A DNA stretch of 64,000 bases from an uncultured Bacilli bacterium (GCA_947632435.1 CANRPC010000003.1:5326-69325), one strand, 5' to 3'; positions 48,875 to 59,571 are shown, counted from the first letter of the stretch. Numbers and translations are program-made. Notes: generated by a model not told the origin, from the letters alone.

Positions 48875-50251
48875 TTAAATGGAAAATTTTTTGTATCCTT
48901 TATTAATTTGAATTTCAAAATTATTTAATTTTTTAATTATTTCATCAATATAGTTTGTAATTATATTATTACATGTTTCATCAATTTTTTGTGCTGCTTT
49001 GGTAATAGTTTCACTATTTGATTTTATTGTTGCAACTCTATTTTTTAATGTTTCTAAAGGCTTATCCAAATATTTTAGTTTTAATTCATCAAATAATTGA
49101 TTTAGTTCGAGATTATTTTGTAATTCAATTTGTTCTTTTTGTTTTGCGATAATAAGGTTTGAGAATTTATCAGTCAAAGATATAAGCATATTTAAGAATG
49201 TCATCATATATGCTGGTCTAACAACATACATATCTTCATATTCATGCACTTTATAAATAGGTATGTCATTTGCTTTATCACTTTCCAAATTAGAAACTAA
49301 TAAAGCATATTTACATTGTTTCTTTGATCTATTTTTATCAAGTGCACTATAATAATCTTCATTTTTCTTTTTGTTTTTAGAAGTAGGATTTTCATCTTTC
49401 ATTTCTAAACATACAGAAGCTAGTAATTCTTTTTCTAAATGTTTATCACTTGAGAATATTTTAAAAATATAATCAGCTTTGCTACCTTTTGTTTCATCTT
49501 CTTCTTTAATAACTTTGTTATCTTTTTCCCAAGTACAATTAAATAAACCATTTTGCATGTATGATTTTATTTCATTATCACACCATGCCTCTAAATCTTC
49601 ACCTGTTTGTTTAACATTTAGCATCGTCTTTTGACGTTGCAATTCATTGACTTGATCTTCTTTTAATTTTAATTCTTTAGTTTTTTCCGCTAAGGCTTGA
49701 TCATGTAAATCTTTAGTTTTTTTAATTGTTTTTTCAAATTCAAGTTCTTTATTTTTTAAATCAAGTTCATGTTTACTTTCTAATTTTGCAATTGAAGATT
49801 GTAAATCTTTAATTTCACTTTCATATTTTTGCTGTAATTTCAAAGTTTCATTTTCAATTTGTACTTTTTTATTATCCTCTAAAGATTTAATACGATTATG
49901 TAATTCATCTATTTCTTTTTGGTGTTCTAATTTTAAAGTAGCTATTTTTAAATTTAACTCTGACTCTTTATCCTTTGTGGTTTCATTAATTTTAGCTTCT
50001 AGATCTTCTATTTTTCTTGCATATTCAGCTACAATTTGATTTTCTTTTTGCTTTTGAAGATTTTCCAACATCTTTTTATTTTCATCAAGTCGTTTTTGAT
50101 ATTCTAATTCTTTACCATTTTTTATTGCTTCTTCAATCGCTGTAAAATCAACAGAATTTATTGCTGATAAATCAATTAAATCATCTTTATTAGCATCTTC
50201 TTGTAAAATTAATGTGTTTTTATCTCTTACAATAACTTTAATATATTTCAT
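48875..50251 (-). CDS. coiled-coil protein, DUF2130-like
   Basis: A long central coiled coil (KLEHQKEIDELHNRIKSLE...). The N-terminus IKVIVRDKNTLILQEDANKDDLIDL and the C-terminal KADYIFKIF...ALLVSNLE block recall DUF2130. The assignment is tentative. Confidence 0.4.
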   Translation of the reverse strand: MKYIKVIVRDKNTLILQEDANKDDLIDLSAINSVDFTAIEEAIKNGKELEYQKRLDENKKMLENLQKQKENQIVAEYARKIEDLEAKINETTKDKESELNLKIATLKLEHQKEIDELHNRIKSLEDNKKVQIENETLKLQQKYESEIKDLQSSIAKLESKHELDLKNKELEFEKTIKKTKDLHDQALAEKTKELKLKEDQVNELQRQKTMLNVKQTGEDLEAWCDNEIKSYMQNGLFNCTWEKDNKVIKEEDETKGSKADYIFKIFSSDKHLEKELLASVCLEMKDENPTSKNKKKNEDYYSALDKNRSKKQCKYALLVSNLESDKANDIPIYKVHEYEDMYVVRPAYMMTFLNMLISLTDKFSNLIIAKQKEQIELQNNLELNQLFDELKLKYLDKPLETLKNRVATIKSNSETITKAAQKIDETCNNIITNYIDEIIKKLNNFEIQINKGYKKFSI

Positions 50252-50456
50252 TTTATTTTTTCTCCATCTCTTTATCCTTATTAAAAATTAAAAACTTAAA
50301 AATTGCAATAAACCACAAATTATTAAATTGCTAAAAAAATAATATTTATAACTAACACACCTATCTTTGATAGTGTGTTAAAAATTCATAATTCAAATAA
50401 ATCTTATATTAAATTTTCCTTAATAATATCAAAATTAAAAAACTCAAAAATTATTC

Positions 50457-50909
50457 TTACATTAAATGAATAATATTCGCGTTAAATAATTTAGCAAATA
50501 TTTCTGCAACTAGTCTTCTATGACACATATTAGGTTTATCTTCACTGCATAAAAAACAAATGTTTTGTTTTTCTATTATTGAAGAATATTCCTTTTTTAT
50601 ATATTCTATGATATTTCTTTGTTTCATCGTTTCTTCAAATTGAATAACATACTCTTCCCATGTAATTTTTTTCTTTTTATAATCATCTAATGTATTTTCT
50701 TCAGGTGAAAAAAGTTTATCAGATTTATAATTACAATTGGAACATTTTTTTAAAAAGTATTCAATATCTGGGTATTTTGAAAAGCCTGCTAGTTGGGAGG
50801 TATTATTTAATCGAACGTCAACAAGAAGATCAATTTTATTTTGAGAAATTAATTCAAAAAATTTTTTTGCATCTTTTTTGGTAAATCCAATAGTATAAAT
50901 ATTAATCAT
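50457..50909 (-). CDS. DUF488-family protein (short paralogue)
   Basis: Has IYTIGFTKKDAKKFFELI....IDLLVDVRL and C-terminal FLCSEDKPNMCHRRLVAE, the DUF488 hallmarks. ATG 50909 overlaps the upstream stop by 8 nt. Confidence 0.65.
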   Translation of the reverse strand: MINIYTIGFTKKDAKKFFELISQNKIDLLVDVRLNNTSQLAGFSKYPDIEYFLKKCSNCNYKSDKLFSPEENTLDDYKKKKITWEEYVIQFEETMKQRNIIEYIKKEYSSIIEKQNICFLCSEDKPNMCHRRLVAEIFAKLFNANIIHLM

Positions 50910-51609
50910 TTTCTTCATTTCCTTTCTTAAAGCCAATTTGATAATTTCGTAGTTTTATTCCTTTTTCTCTTGTATAATTTGAAAAAAATTCTACCCAATA
51001 TTCAATATTGCTTGATAAGGGTTTATTTTCCGTAAATAAATTACCGCTATAATTGAGTTCATCTTCATAAGTTTTTCTAAATTTCTTTTTTGATTCTTCA
51101 AAATTATTTTTTAGTTCTTTATCTAAATTTGCATGATTAATTTTTGTATTTTCATCAATTATATGAATTATTTCATATCCTTTTTGATAAAAATATTCTG
51201 CAACCATAATTGCTCGATGACAATCAAAAGGATTTTTTTCCGAACACATAAAACAAATATTATTATTTAAACTACCTTGAACAATTCTTTTAAAGCCATC
51301 ATTAAATACATCCAATAAATGTACTTTCTCAAAATCAACAACTTCTATATAATCATTATTATATAAAATTATTTTTTTATATACTTCATTTTCTATTCTT
51401 CTAGCACCAAAACATTCTTTCATAGAACCATATTTTATATTATATTTTTTCAATTCTTTTTTTAAATTTGAAAAATCATACATTGGAAATGTTTTTGATT
51501 TAGGAGTGGAACGCACATCAACTAAACAATTGATATTATTTTTTATTAATAAATTAATAAAATCTTCAAAATTTTTTCCTGCATATCCTATCGTGTATAA
51601 TTTATTCAT
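50902..51609 (-). CDS. DUF488-family protein with ~90-aa C-terminal extension
   Basis: Has LYTIGYAGKNFEDFINLL....INCLVDVRSTP and FMCSEKNPFDCHRAIMVAE. AGAGGA precedes ATG 51609. Confidence 0.65.
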   Translation of the reverse strand: MNKLYTIGYAGKNFEDFINLLIKNNINCLVDVRSTPKSKTFPMYDFSNLKKELKKYNIKYGSMKECFGARRIENEVYKKIILYNNDYIEVVDFEKVHLLDVFNDGFKRIVQGSLNNNICFMCSEKNPFDCHRAIMVAEYFYQKGYEIIHIIDENTKINHANLDKELKNNFEESKKKFRKTYEDELNYSGNLFTENKPLSSNIEYWVEFFSNYTREKGIKLRNYQIGFKKGNEEND

Positions 51610-51613
51610 GTGA

Positions 51614-52297
51614 TTATCCTCTAACATAATAAGGCGAATATCCTAAAAATGAACACAAATATTTATAATAATTTCCCTCATATTCATGTCCAAAACTAAA
51701 ACAAACTATAGCCACTGCATAATGTTTACCTGCATACAATTTAATATCTAAATTTTTTGATTCTGATATAGTAACACTTATATTTTCATATTGAATATAA
51801 TTATATTTAAATCTACATCGACATTTATCTTTACCATTTTGTTTCACAATATAAAATTCAAGTCCATAAACTTTTGCTAGCATAAAAGACTTATTTGCCA
51901 AAATTGCATCGCCAAGTTTCATTGTTGGATATTTATTTACAAATATTTCTTGTGATGAGCTTAAGTTTTCTTCACCATATAAAGATATTAACTCTTTTTT
52001 AGTAACTCTTCCTTTTTTTGTTATTTTATAATTTTCATCATAATAAATATTTTCCTTTTGACATTCATCATCAACATAATCAAATGATTTAACACCAATT
52101 TCTATAACATCTAAATTTTGAACCATTGTACCATCTTGATATGTACATTCATATTTTTTTAATTCACCATCAACTCTATCTTCTTTTGGCGAAATTATTC
52201 TACAAAAACGTGCACGGTCAGTTTCGTAAATAACAAGACATATTCCATTATTTTTTCTTGAACGTGCGACAACAATACCCGAAATAATATTTGCCAT
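51614..52297 (-). CDS. hypothetical protein (227 aa), first gene of the DUF488 operon
   Basis: AAGGGG RBS. No motif recognised. Its stop lies 4 nt before the next start. Confidence 0.45.
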   Translation of the reverse strand: MANIISGIVVARSRKNNGICLVIYETDRARFCRIISPKEDRVDGELKKYECTYQDGTMVQNLDVIEIGVKSFDYVDDECQKENIYYDENYKITKKGRVTKKELISLYGEENLSSSQEIFVNKYPTMKLGDAILANKSFMLAKVYGLEFYIVKQNGKDKCRCRFKYNYIQYENISVTISESKNLDIKLYAGKHYAVAIVCFSFGHEYEGNYYKYLCSFLGYSPYYVRG

Positions 52298-52311
52298 TTT
52301 TTAACCCCTTT

Positions 52312-52331
52312 TTTACAATAAAGATTGTAAA
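52312..52331. promoter_or_regulatory. palindrome TTTACAA-N6-TTGTAAA immediately upstream of the DUF488 operon RBS
   Basis: 7-bp perfect arms at 52312-52318 and 52325-52331, 15 nt from ATG 52297. A palindrome this short could occur by chance in AT-rich DNA. Confidence 0.3.
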
Positions 52332-52493
52332 TATATTTTTTTACACATCAACTTATAAATATTTTAGCATTATTATTAAATAAAATAAATATTATAAACC
52401 TTTCTTAAATTATGTTAATTATTAATCAAAACGCAACAAAAATGATATAAAATACTTGTATTTTTTAAATTATTTTAATTTTACAAATTCACT

Positions 52494-53513
52494 TTATAAT
52501 ATGGTTTCTTCTTGATTTAAAAATCCATCTTTATCCCAATTAATGATACATTTCTTTTTATTATCATTATTTAATGAAAAATTTTTTTGAAACAATAACC
52601 AATCATTTTTTCTTGCATCTAAGGAATTAATTTTTATCCAAAAAGATGAAGCATTTAATTCATTAATACTTTTAAAGTTAATATATTCGGAAATTAATAT
52701 TGATTTTCCAAACTTTATAGAACTAATGTTAGATTCGATTTGAATTTCTCTTTCATTTATTTTATTTTCTATAATTGTTTGAAAATCAATACTATTTTCA
52801 TAATAATTTGTTGTTAGTTTTAAATTTGAATTTAACCCGATAGTAAATGAATAATTTTTAATGGCATAATTAGACTTTGGAGAAATTTCAATAGCCGAAA
52901 TAGCATTATAATTACCTATATTTTCAGTTAATGAATTTCTATTTATACCAATAATATAAGTGTAACTTAACATTTGCTCCGATTCATTTAAATACACAAA
53001 ATGATTTATGCTTTTATCATAAATATTATAAGAATCAGAATCATTAATAGTCATAATTTGATTTTTATTTGATTGTTTTTCAATTTCTTTAATAATATTA
53101 TCAACATAAAACATATAATTATCTGAAGTAAGAATGAATTGTTCTTTTTGATTTAAATATTCTATAGAAAAATAATTTACCTCAAAAGAATAACCATTAA
53201 AAAAAACGTAAGAATTATAATTATTTAATAAAGCATCAACATTATATAATTCTTTGATGATTTTAGAATTTATTGACACATCATTAATAATAATTCCCCC
53301 ATTAATTAAATATGTCAATAAATAATCTTTATTATAATTTTCATAATCTTTTAAAGAAAAAAACATAGTTTTGATGCTAGAAAACATGTTCTTTTGAGCT
53401 TTATTATTATTAAGAGATAAATTATTTTGTTTTTGATTAGTTTTAAAATTATAATTTATAAATCCATTTAATAATAATGAAATCAAAGTAGCTGTTATTA
53501 TTTTTTTCTTCAT
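52494..53513 (-). CDS. secreted hypothetical protein
   Basis: Signal peptide MKKKIITATLISLLLNGF. The protein is Asn/Ile-rich. Confidence 0.5.
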   Translation of the reverse strand: MKKKIITATLISLLLNGFINYNFKTNQKQNNLSLNNNKAQKNMFSSIKTMFFSLKDYENYNKDYLLTYLINGGIIINDVSINSKIIKELYNVDALLNNYNSYVFFNGYSFEVNYFSIEYLNQKEQFILTSDNYMFYVDNIIKEIEKQSNKNQIMTINDSDSYNIYDKSINHFVYLNESEQMLSYTYIIGINRNSLTENIGNYNAISAIEISPKSNYAIKNYSFTIGLNSNLKLTTNYYENSIDFQTIIENKINEREIQIESNISSIKFGKSILISEYINFKSINELNASSFWIKINSLDARKNDWLLFQKNFSLNNDNKKKCIINWDKDGFLNQEETIL

Positions 53514-53557
53514 AATTTTTCTCCATATTTACTTATAATTTTTTGATTTTTAATTAT

Positions 53558-54205
53558 TTAAAAAACAACATATACTTCAAATAAAGGTAAATAAGCATTA
53601 TAATCAGAATCATGAAAATTAAAGGTATAAAATGGACCTTGAATTTGTTGAGTTATTTTTTTTAATTCATTCTCTTCATAAATAAAATCATCAGAAAATC
53701 TATCTGAATCAAGAATTTCTTCTTTAAAATAATCTTTAGAAAAATAAATATATAATCCTATATTATCAATTTTTTGAACTCCTAAATAACAAACATAAAA
53801 ATATTCATCTAATGAAATTGCTAAATCGAATTCAGTTGATGGATATTCAAATATTAAAAAACTATATTCATTATCAAACCTATTTATTTGATACATTTTT
53901 GTTTTACTTTCATTAACAAAGGTTAAATCTAAGTATAAAATGTCTCTATTTTCATTTAATAGGATATAACCAGTATCTCTAGAACAAAAATATAACCCTT
54001 CATTATCTTTATTAAAAGCATTAATATCTTCAATTAATTCTTGATAATTATTTAGATTATAAGTTTTATTAGCATTAAAATTAGTTGTTTTAATATTAGG
54101 CTTATTAATTATAACTACAACTGTTGATACTATAAAAAGAACTATTGCAACCACTAAAGATAGATAGTAAGTTATAGACCAAAAATAGTTTATTCTTTTT
54201 TTCAT
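53558..54205 (-). CDS. N-terminally anchored hypothetical protein (215 aa), copy 1
   Basis: N-terminal TM helix YLSLVVAIVLFIVSTVVVII. It has a paralogue at 58653-59300. Confidence 0.55.
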   Translation of the reverse strand: MKKRINYFWSITYYLSLVVAIVLFIVSTVVVIINKPNIKTTNFNANKTYNLNNYQELIEDINAFNKDNEGLYFCSRDTGYILLNENRDILYLDLTFVNESKTKMYQINRFDNEYSFLIFEYPSTEFDLAISLDEYFYVCYLGVQKIDNIGLYIYFSKDYFKEEILDSDRFSDDFIYEENELKKITQQIQGPFYTFNFHDSDYNAYLPLFEVYVVF

Positions 54206-54206
54206 A

Positions 54207-54476
54207 TTATAAATCCTTAATTTTCATGATATCAATTTCTTTATTTTTCTTCTTTTTCGTAATACTATTTTTAATTTCAAAAACTACGAGTAAAACAAAA
54301 TAAATTATAAATTGTACTAAAGCTAAATCATAAACTAATTCATCTTTAGAAACTAAGAATGCAATGCATGAAGCAATAACTAATAGTATGCCAAATTTTC
54401 TAAACTTTGTAAAAGCAATAAGAACTTGTACAATTAAAACAATAATATTAATTACATTACTTGGATCTGCTTCCAT
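54207..54476 (-). CDS. small three-TM membrane protein, copy 1
   Basis: The likely start is MEADPSNV at 54476 after GAAGGAA; the track ORF starts at 54509. It is identical to the copy at 59302. Confidence 0.5.
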   Translation of the reverse strand: MEADPSNVINIIVLIVQVLIAFTKFRKFGILLVIASCIAFLVSKDELVYDLALVQFIIYFVLLVVFEIKNSITKKKKNKEIDIMKIKDL

Positions 54477-54533
54477 TTTCTGTTTCCTTCTTTCTTTAAA
54501 AAATACCATAAAATATTTTTTTTAGACACAATT

Positions 54534-54562
54534 ATATTACAAAATTTTTTAATATTATTCAA
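54534..54562 (-). promoter_or_regulatory. sigma-70-type promoter (TTGAAT-17-TGtTAATAT), copy 2 of 3
   Basis: On the minus strand, TTGAAT is at 54557-54562 and TAATAT at 54534-54539, with an extended -10 TG. Confidence 0.5.
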
Positions 54563-54601
54563 CATTAATACAATTTATTAAAATTTTTTAAAATTCTACT
54601 T

Positions 54602-56665
54602 TTATTTTAATTTTCTTGTAATAAAATAAACTTTAATAATATAAATTAAATAGAAAATAGAAAATAATAATATACAATAAATTATTGGCTCAAAAGAAAA
54701 AAACTTTATTGGTTTAGTTAATAAATCATAATAATCATTTTCATTCTGCATTGAATAATATCCATATTTAATTCCATTTATAATAGGAGCTTTATGTGTC
54801 GAAATCATTAAATAATAATTGCTTATATTTAAAAATAGATAATTATAAAATATTATAAGTAATGCTGTAAATATATAAAAAGGAATAAGTCTAATTAATA
54901 AAAATTCTAAAAAGAAACGTTTTTTATTTATACCATTATGATTATAAATTGCTAAAATATAACGATAATATCTTTTTTTACCATTAATTGAAAATATTTT
55001 ATAAATCAATAAAATTAGAAACACAATTAAAGATAGTGAGAACATAAAAATGCTTTTATCATAAAAAGAAATTGTTGTCGAAGTAATGATATTATTGGGA
55101 ATAAAATTTCCATAATTTAAAGAATCAATATATCCATAATAATTAGTGGAATAATAATAAAACTTGTTGTATTTTGAAGCATGTATTAAAAAGTCTTTAA
55201 ATGAATTTAAACTCATAATAATTTCATTATCATTAAGTGTATTATCATAATTGATATTTATGATTTCTTCATAAATGTTATTTGTCGAATCTTTAACCAT
55301 CAACTTATCAATCATCTTTGATGTAGCAACATAGTATTCATCTTTTGTATTATCGATTATAATATTGTTATTTCCAGGACATATTAATCCATTTAAAGTA
55401 TTAATGCCTGGAAATTCAATAAAATCAAAATTATCTTCTTCAAACTTTAAACTATTTAACCCATTCATTAATATTTGATCAATAAAAGAATAAGGTGTTA
55501 ATAAAACATAATCATATGTATTGTGTTCAAAAGCATCAGCTAATTCCAAAGAATAATCATACTTGTTGTTTATAAAATCTTGATTTACATTTTCTAAATT
55601 ATATATATTAGAGTTCAAAATTAAATTTTTGCTATCAAGTTTATTATTTATATTTGTTTGGTAAACATATATAGTGTCATTTGTATTATTTAAAATTTCC
55701 ACGAACAAAAATTTTGAAGCATACTGATGTTGTTTTTCTTTCTTTTGATAAATTGTGTTATCTTCTTTACTAGTAATACATAATGAAAAATAACCATTTT
55801 TGCCTGTAAATAATTTTTCATTAATCATATTATTATCATTAACTCTTAAAGAATGAATTTTAAAAGGATCTTCTTTTAAAGAAATAAGAGTTCTATCAAC
55901 TAAAGATTTACTATCATAAAAGCAACATCCACTTATAAATAATATTAAGCATACTAACATTAAAATACTTGTTATTAAAATATCTAATTTAAAATTACGA
56001 ATATAATTTTTTAAAGTAAATAAAAAAGATTTTATTTTTTTCTTTTTAATTGGTTCAAGAAGAAATTTATTTTCACTTTCATTTATAATTTCAATATTAT
56101 TATTAGTAAAAATAATTTGAGCAGTATAATTTAATTCTATAAAATTAGACTCATGATTTATAAGAATAACAAGATGAGATTCTTTTAAAGATTTAACTAT
56201 GTTTATAAATTCTTTTTTAGCATTTGAATCTAAAGAAACTAATGGCTCATCAAAAATGTAAATATTAGCTTTTTTTAAAATCGAATATATTAATTCACAT
56301 TTTTTTCGTTCACCTCCACTTAATTTATAAAGTGGAATATCAACTTTATTTTTTATATTAAATATTAAAGCAAATTTTTCCAATTCATCTAAAGAATAAT
56401 CAACGTTTAACATTTTAAGATTTTTAATTAATGATTCTTCTAAAAACAATAATGATTCAGTCCCAAAATAGGAGAAACTTTCTTCATTTTCAAAGATTAC
56501 AGAACCTGTTGTCGGCTTTTCTATGCCCATGATAATATTAATTAATGTTGTTTTACCACATCCTGATTCACCTTTAATATATAAAAGTCCTTTATTAATT
56601 TTTAAATTTATATTTTCAAATAAAACTTTATCATTAAATCTTTTGCTTAAATTCTTTAAAATCAT
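54602..56665 (-). CDS. fused ABC ATPase-permease, subunit B of pair 2
   Basis: Has KGESGCGKTT, LSGGERKK and IYIFDEPLVSLD. It is a paralogue of 44640-46655. Confidence 0.75.
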   Translation of the reverse strand: MILKNLSKRFNDKVLFENINLKINKGLLYIKGESGCGKTTLINIIMGIEKPTTGSVIFENEESFSYFGTESLLFLEESLIKNLKMLNVDYSLDELEKFALIFNIKNKVDIPLYKLSGGERKKCELIYSILKKANIYIFDEPLVSLDSNAKKEFINIVKSLKESHLVILINHESNFIELNYTAQIIFTNNNIEIINESENKFLLEPIKKKKIKSFLFTLKNYIRNFKLDILITSILMLVCLILFISGCCFYDSKSLVDRTLISLKEDPFKIHSLRVNDNNMINEKLFTGKNGYFSLCITSKEDNTIYQKKEKQHQYASKFLFVEILNNTNDTIYVYQTNINNKLDSKNLILNSNIYNLENVNQDFINNKYDYSLELADAFEHNTYDYVLLTPYSFIDQILMNGLNSLKFEEDNFDFIEFPGINTLNGLICPGNNNIIIDNTKDEYYVATSKMIDKLMVKDSTNNIYEEIININYDNTLNDNEIIMSLNSFKDFLIHASKYNKFYYYSTNYYGYIDSLNYGNFIPNNIITSTTISFYDKSIFMFSLSLIVFLILLIYKIFSINGKKRYYRYILAIYNHNGINKKRFFLEFLLIRLIPFYIFTALLIIFYNYLFLNISNYYLMISTHKAPIINGIKYGYYSMQNENDYYDLLTKPIKFFSFEPIIYCILLFSIFYLIYIIKVYFITRKLK

Positions 56666-58599
56666 TTTCTTTTTATCTCCAAAACGTTTTTACTAATATC
56701 TTTTGGAATCATTACCTTAAAAAAAGTTAGAAAAATATTTATATAACTTAAGCAAAGAAAAACAAAAGAATATATTAGAATATTTTTATCAAATAAAATA
56801 TATTTTGCACTAGAAGCAATAATTGAAGAACTTAAAGTAAAATCAAGTATTTCACAATATATAATTCCAAATAACATTCCAAGAATTAAGGAAATAGAAA
56901 TTAATAATAATGCAGAGATAATATGTGCTTTTAATAATCTTTTTCTCGAATAAGAAGCATAACGAAGTAAAAGAATTTCATTTTTGAACATTTGATAATA
57001 TGCCAAAGGGAATATGATACTTATTATTGCTAAACCTATTAAAAAACTTGTTGATATAAATTTATACATAGCAACATACACATATTTTGAAAGAGGATTC
57101 TTACCATTTTTATCAATGTTAATCATATCAAAATAAATATCTGTGCTAATATCTAAATGAATATATTGCATATTTTGTATGGCAATAGCTTTATTATTTG
57201 AAGTAGCTTTAACACCTATATAATTACTATTTAATAAATTATTATATCCAAATACAGTTTCAATCATAAATGCATATGAAGCTCTTTGCATAGTTGAATA
57301 ATTTGCTTTGTCTTGATTAGATATTCTTATATTAAAATCATTTGTAATCAAATTTGCTTGATATATGCCAGAAATAATATATGATGTATCCATAAATTGA
57401 TTATTTAAAATCAAAGACATAATAGTATTAAAATCTTCAATTTTATATTCATTTTTAATAGCTTTATATAAATAATCAAAACAATATGAAGATATCAATA
57501 TTTCATCTTCATGTGTCGGATATCTTCCTAATTGATTACCTTCATATTCATATAAATTAATATTATAATCTGAAAAATTATTATTATCTAAAACACAATA
57601 ACCACTTATTAAACTTCCTGGTTTTGTGTGATCTATATCAAGAGAATATACCATTTCGTTAAACTTAAATGTTGAATTATCATCAAATTTAAAATTATCA
57701 TTATCTTTCATAATAATTAATGGTGCTGAATCAATATAATTTGTCAAAGTGATTACTTTTTTATTTGCTAAATCCGAATATGAATCTTTAAATGATAAAG
57801 CAAAATTTGCATAAATTAAAAATAATGATGTAAACAAAATTATTACAAAACTAAAAATTGCTTTTGATAATTTGTGTCTTTTAAATGCATCTTTAAAATC
57901 ATTAAAAAGATTTACTTTCTTTACATTAACATTTATATCATTTTTATATGAATAAACTTGATCAAGTATTATTTTTTTATCTTTGATAATTAATCTATTA
58001 TGCTCAATTTTATCTAATTCAAAACCTTTGTGAGTTACTAAAATTATAATATGTGATTTTTTTAATTCATTAAGAGCATTTATAATAATATTTACATTTT
58101 CAGCATCTAAAGAATTTGTTATTTCATCTAATAATAAAATCGGTTTTAAATCATAAAGTATTCTTGCTAAAACCAATCGTTGTTTTTCACCCTGAGATAA
58201 TAAAGAAACATTTTGTTTTTCTAAATTTGATAATTTTAATAAATCTAATATTCTTTTTGCCTTTTGAACATCCTTTTTTTCATATGGCATTAAAATATTA
58301 TCTAAAACATTATAATCATCAAATATTAAAACTTCTTGATCAACATAAGAAATATAATTTTCTCGATAACTTTCAAAATCATTTATTTTATCTTCATTAA
58401 TAAATATTTTTCCATCAAAATCAATAAAATATCCTGCAATAATTTTTAATAAAGTTGTTTTACCGATTCCATTATTACCACTTAATAAATATATGCCTGG
58501 AGAATAAATTAATAAATTTGTCTCGGAAAATAAATTATTATCTTCAAATTTAAATGATTTAATTTCTAATGAAAACTGTTTTAATTTAATATTTTTCAT
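56662..58599 (-). CDS. fused ABC ATPase-permease, subunit A of pair 2 (signature LSQGEK)
   Basis: Has SGNNGIGKTT, LSQGEKQRL and ILLLDEITNSLD. It is a paralogue of 46652-48574. Confidence 0.75.
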   Translation of the reverse strand: MKNIKLKQFSLEIKSFKFEDNNLFSETNLLIYSPGIYLLSGNNGIGKTTLLKIIAGYFIDFDGKIFINEDKINDFESYRENYISYVDQEVLIFDDYNVLDNILMPYEKKDVQKAKRILDLLKLSNLEKQNVSLLSQGEKQRLVLARILYDLKPILLLDEITNSLDAENVNIIINALNELKKSHIIILVTHKGFELDKIEHNRLIIKDKKIILDQVYSYKNDINVNVKKVNLFNDFKDAFKRHKLSKAIFSFVIILFTSLFLIYANFALSFKDSYSDLANKKVITLTNYIDSAPLIIMKDNDNFKFDDNSTFKFNEMVYSLDIDHTKPGSLISGYCVLDNNNFSDYNINLYEYEGNQLGRYPTHEDEILISSYCFDYLYKAIKNEYKIEDFNTIMSLILNNQFMDTSYIISGIYQANLITNDFNIRISNQDKANYSTMQRASYAFMIETVFGYNNLLNSNYIGVKATSNNKAIAIQNMQYIHLDISTDIYFDMINIDKNGKNPLSKYVYVAMYKFISTSFLIGLAIISIIFPLAYYQMFKNEILLLRYASYSRKRLLKAHIISALLLISISLILGMLFGIIYCEILDFTLSSSIIASSAKYILFDKNILIYSFVFLCLSYINIFLTFFKVMIPKDISKNVLEIKRK

Positions 58600-58652
58600 T
58601 TCTTTTAATTTAGCTAATTATTTTTTTTCAAAATTTTTTGATTTTTAATTAT

Positions 58653-59300
58653 TTAAAAAACAACATATACTTTAAATATAGGTAAGTAAGCATTATAATC
58701 AGAATCTTGAAAATTAAAGGTATAAAATGGACCTTGAATTTCTTGAGTTATTTTTTTTAATTCATTCTCTTCATAAATAAAATCATCAGAAAATCTATCT
58801 GGATCAAGAATTTCTTCTTTAAAATAATCTTTAGAAAAATAAATATATAATCCTATATTATCAATTTTTTGAACTCCTAAATAACAAACATAAAAATATT
58901 CATCTAATGAAATTGCTAAATCGAATTCAGTTGATGGATATTCAAATATTAAAAAACTATATTCATTATCAAACCTATTTATTTGATACATTTTTGTTTT
59001 ACTTTCATTAACAAAGGTTAAATCTAAGTATAAAATGTCTCTATTTTCATTTAATAGGATATAACCAGTATCTCTAGAACAAAAATATAACCCTTCATTA
59101 TCTTTATTAAAAGCATTAATATCTTCAATTAATTCTTGATAATTATTTAGATTATAAGTTTTATTAGCATTAAAATTAGTTGTTTTAATATTAGGCTTAT
59201 TAATTATAACTACAACTGTTGATACTATAAAAAGAACTATTGCAACCACTAAAGATAGATAGTAAGTTATAGACCAAAAATAGTTTATTCTTTTTTTCAT
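58653..59300 (-). CDS. N-terminally anchored hypothetical protein (215 aa), copy 2
   Basis: Differs from copy 1 only at S/P, Q/E, H/Q, L/I and E/K near the C-terminus. Confidence 0.55.
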   Translation of the reverse strand: MKKRINYFWSITYYLSLVVAIVLFIVSTVVVIINKPNIKTTNFNANKTYNLNNYQELIEDINAFNKDNEGLYFCSRDTGYILLNENRDILYLDLTFVNESKTKMYQINRFDNEYSFLIFEYPSTEFDLAISLDEYFYVCYLGVQKIDNIGLYIYFSKDYFKEEILDPDRFSDDFIYEENELKKITQEIQGPFYTFNFQDSDYNAYLPIFKVYVVF

Positions 59301-59301
59301 A

Positions 59302-59571
59302 TTATAAATCCTTAATTTTCATGATATCAATTTCTTTATTTTTCTTCTTTTTCGTAATACTATTTTTAATTTCAAAAACTACGAGTAAAACAAAATAAAT
59401 TATAAATTGTACTAAAGCTAAATCATAAACTAATTCATCTTTAGAAACTAAGAATGCAATGCATGAAGCAATAACTAATAGTATGCCAAATTTTCTAAAC
59501 TTTGTAAAAGCAATAAGAACTTGTACAATTAAAACAATAATATTAATTACATTACTTGGATCTGCTTCCAT
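59302..59571 (-). CDS. small three-TM membrane protein, copy 2
   Basis: Identical in translation to 54207-54509. Confidence 0.5.
   Translation of the reverse strand: MEADPSNVINIIVLIVQVLIAFTKFRKFGILLVIASCIAFLVSKDELVYDLALVQFIIYFVLLVVFEIKNSITKKKKNKEIDIMKIKDL

Larger units (their letters stand above)
53537..54608. repeat. 1,072-bp direct repeat, copy 1
   Basis: Base-for-base alignment with 58632-59703 at an offset of 5,095. The encoded 100-aa ORFs are identical and the 215-aa ORFs differ at 5 residues, all in the C-terminal ~50 aa. Confidence 0.9.
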
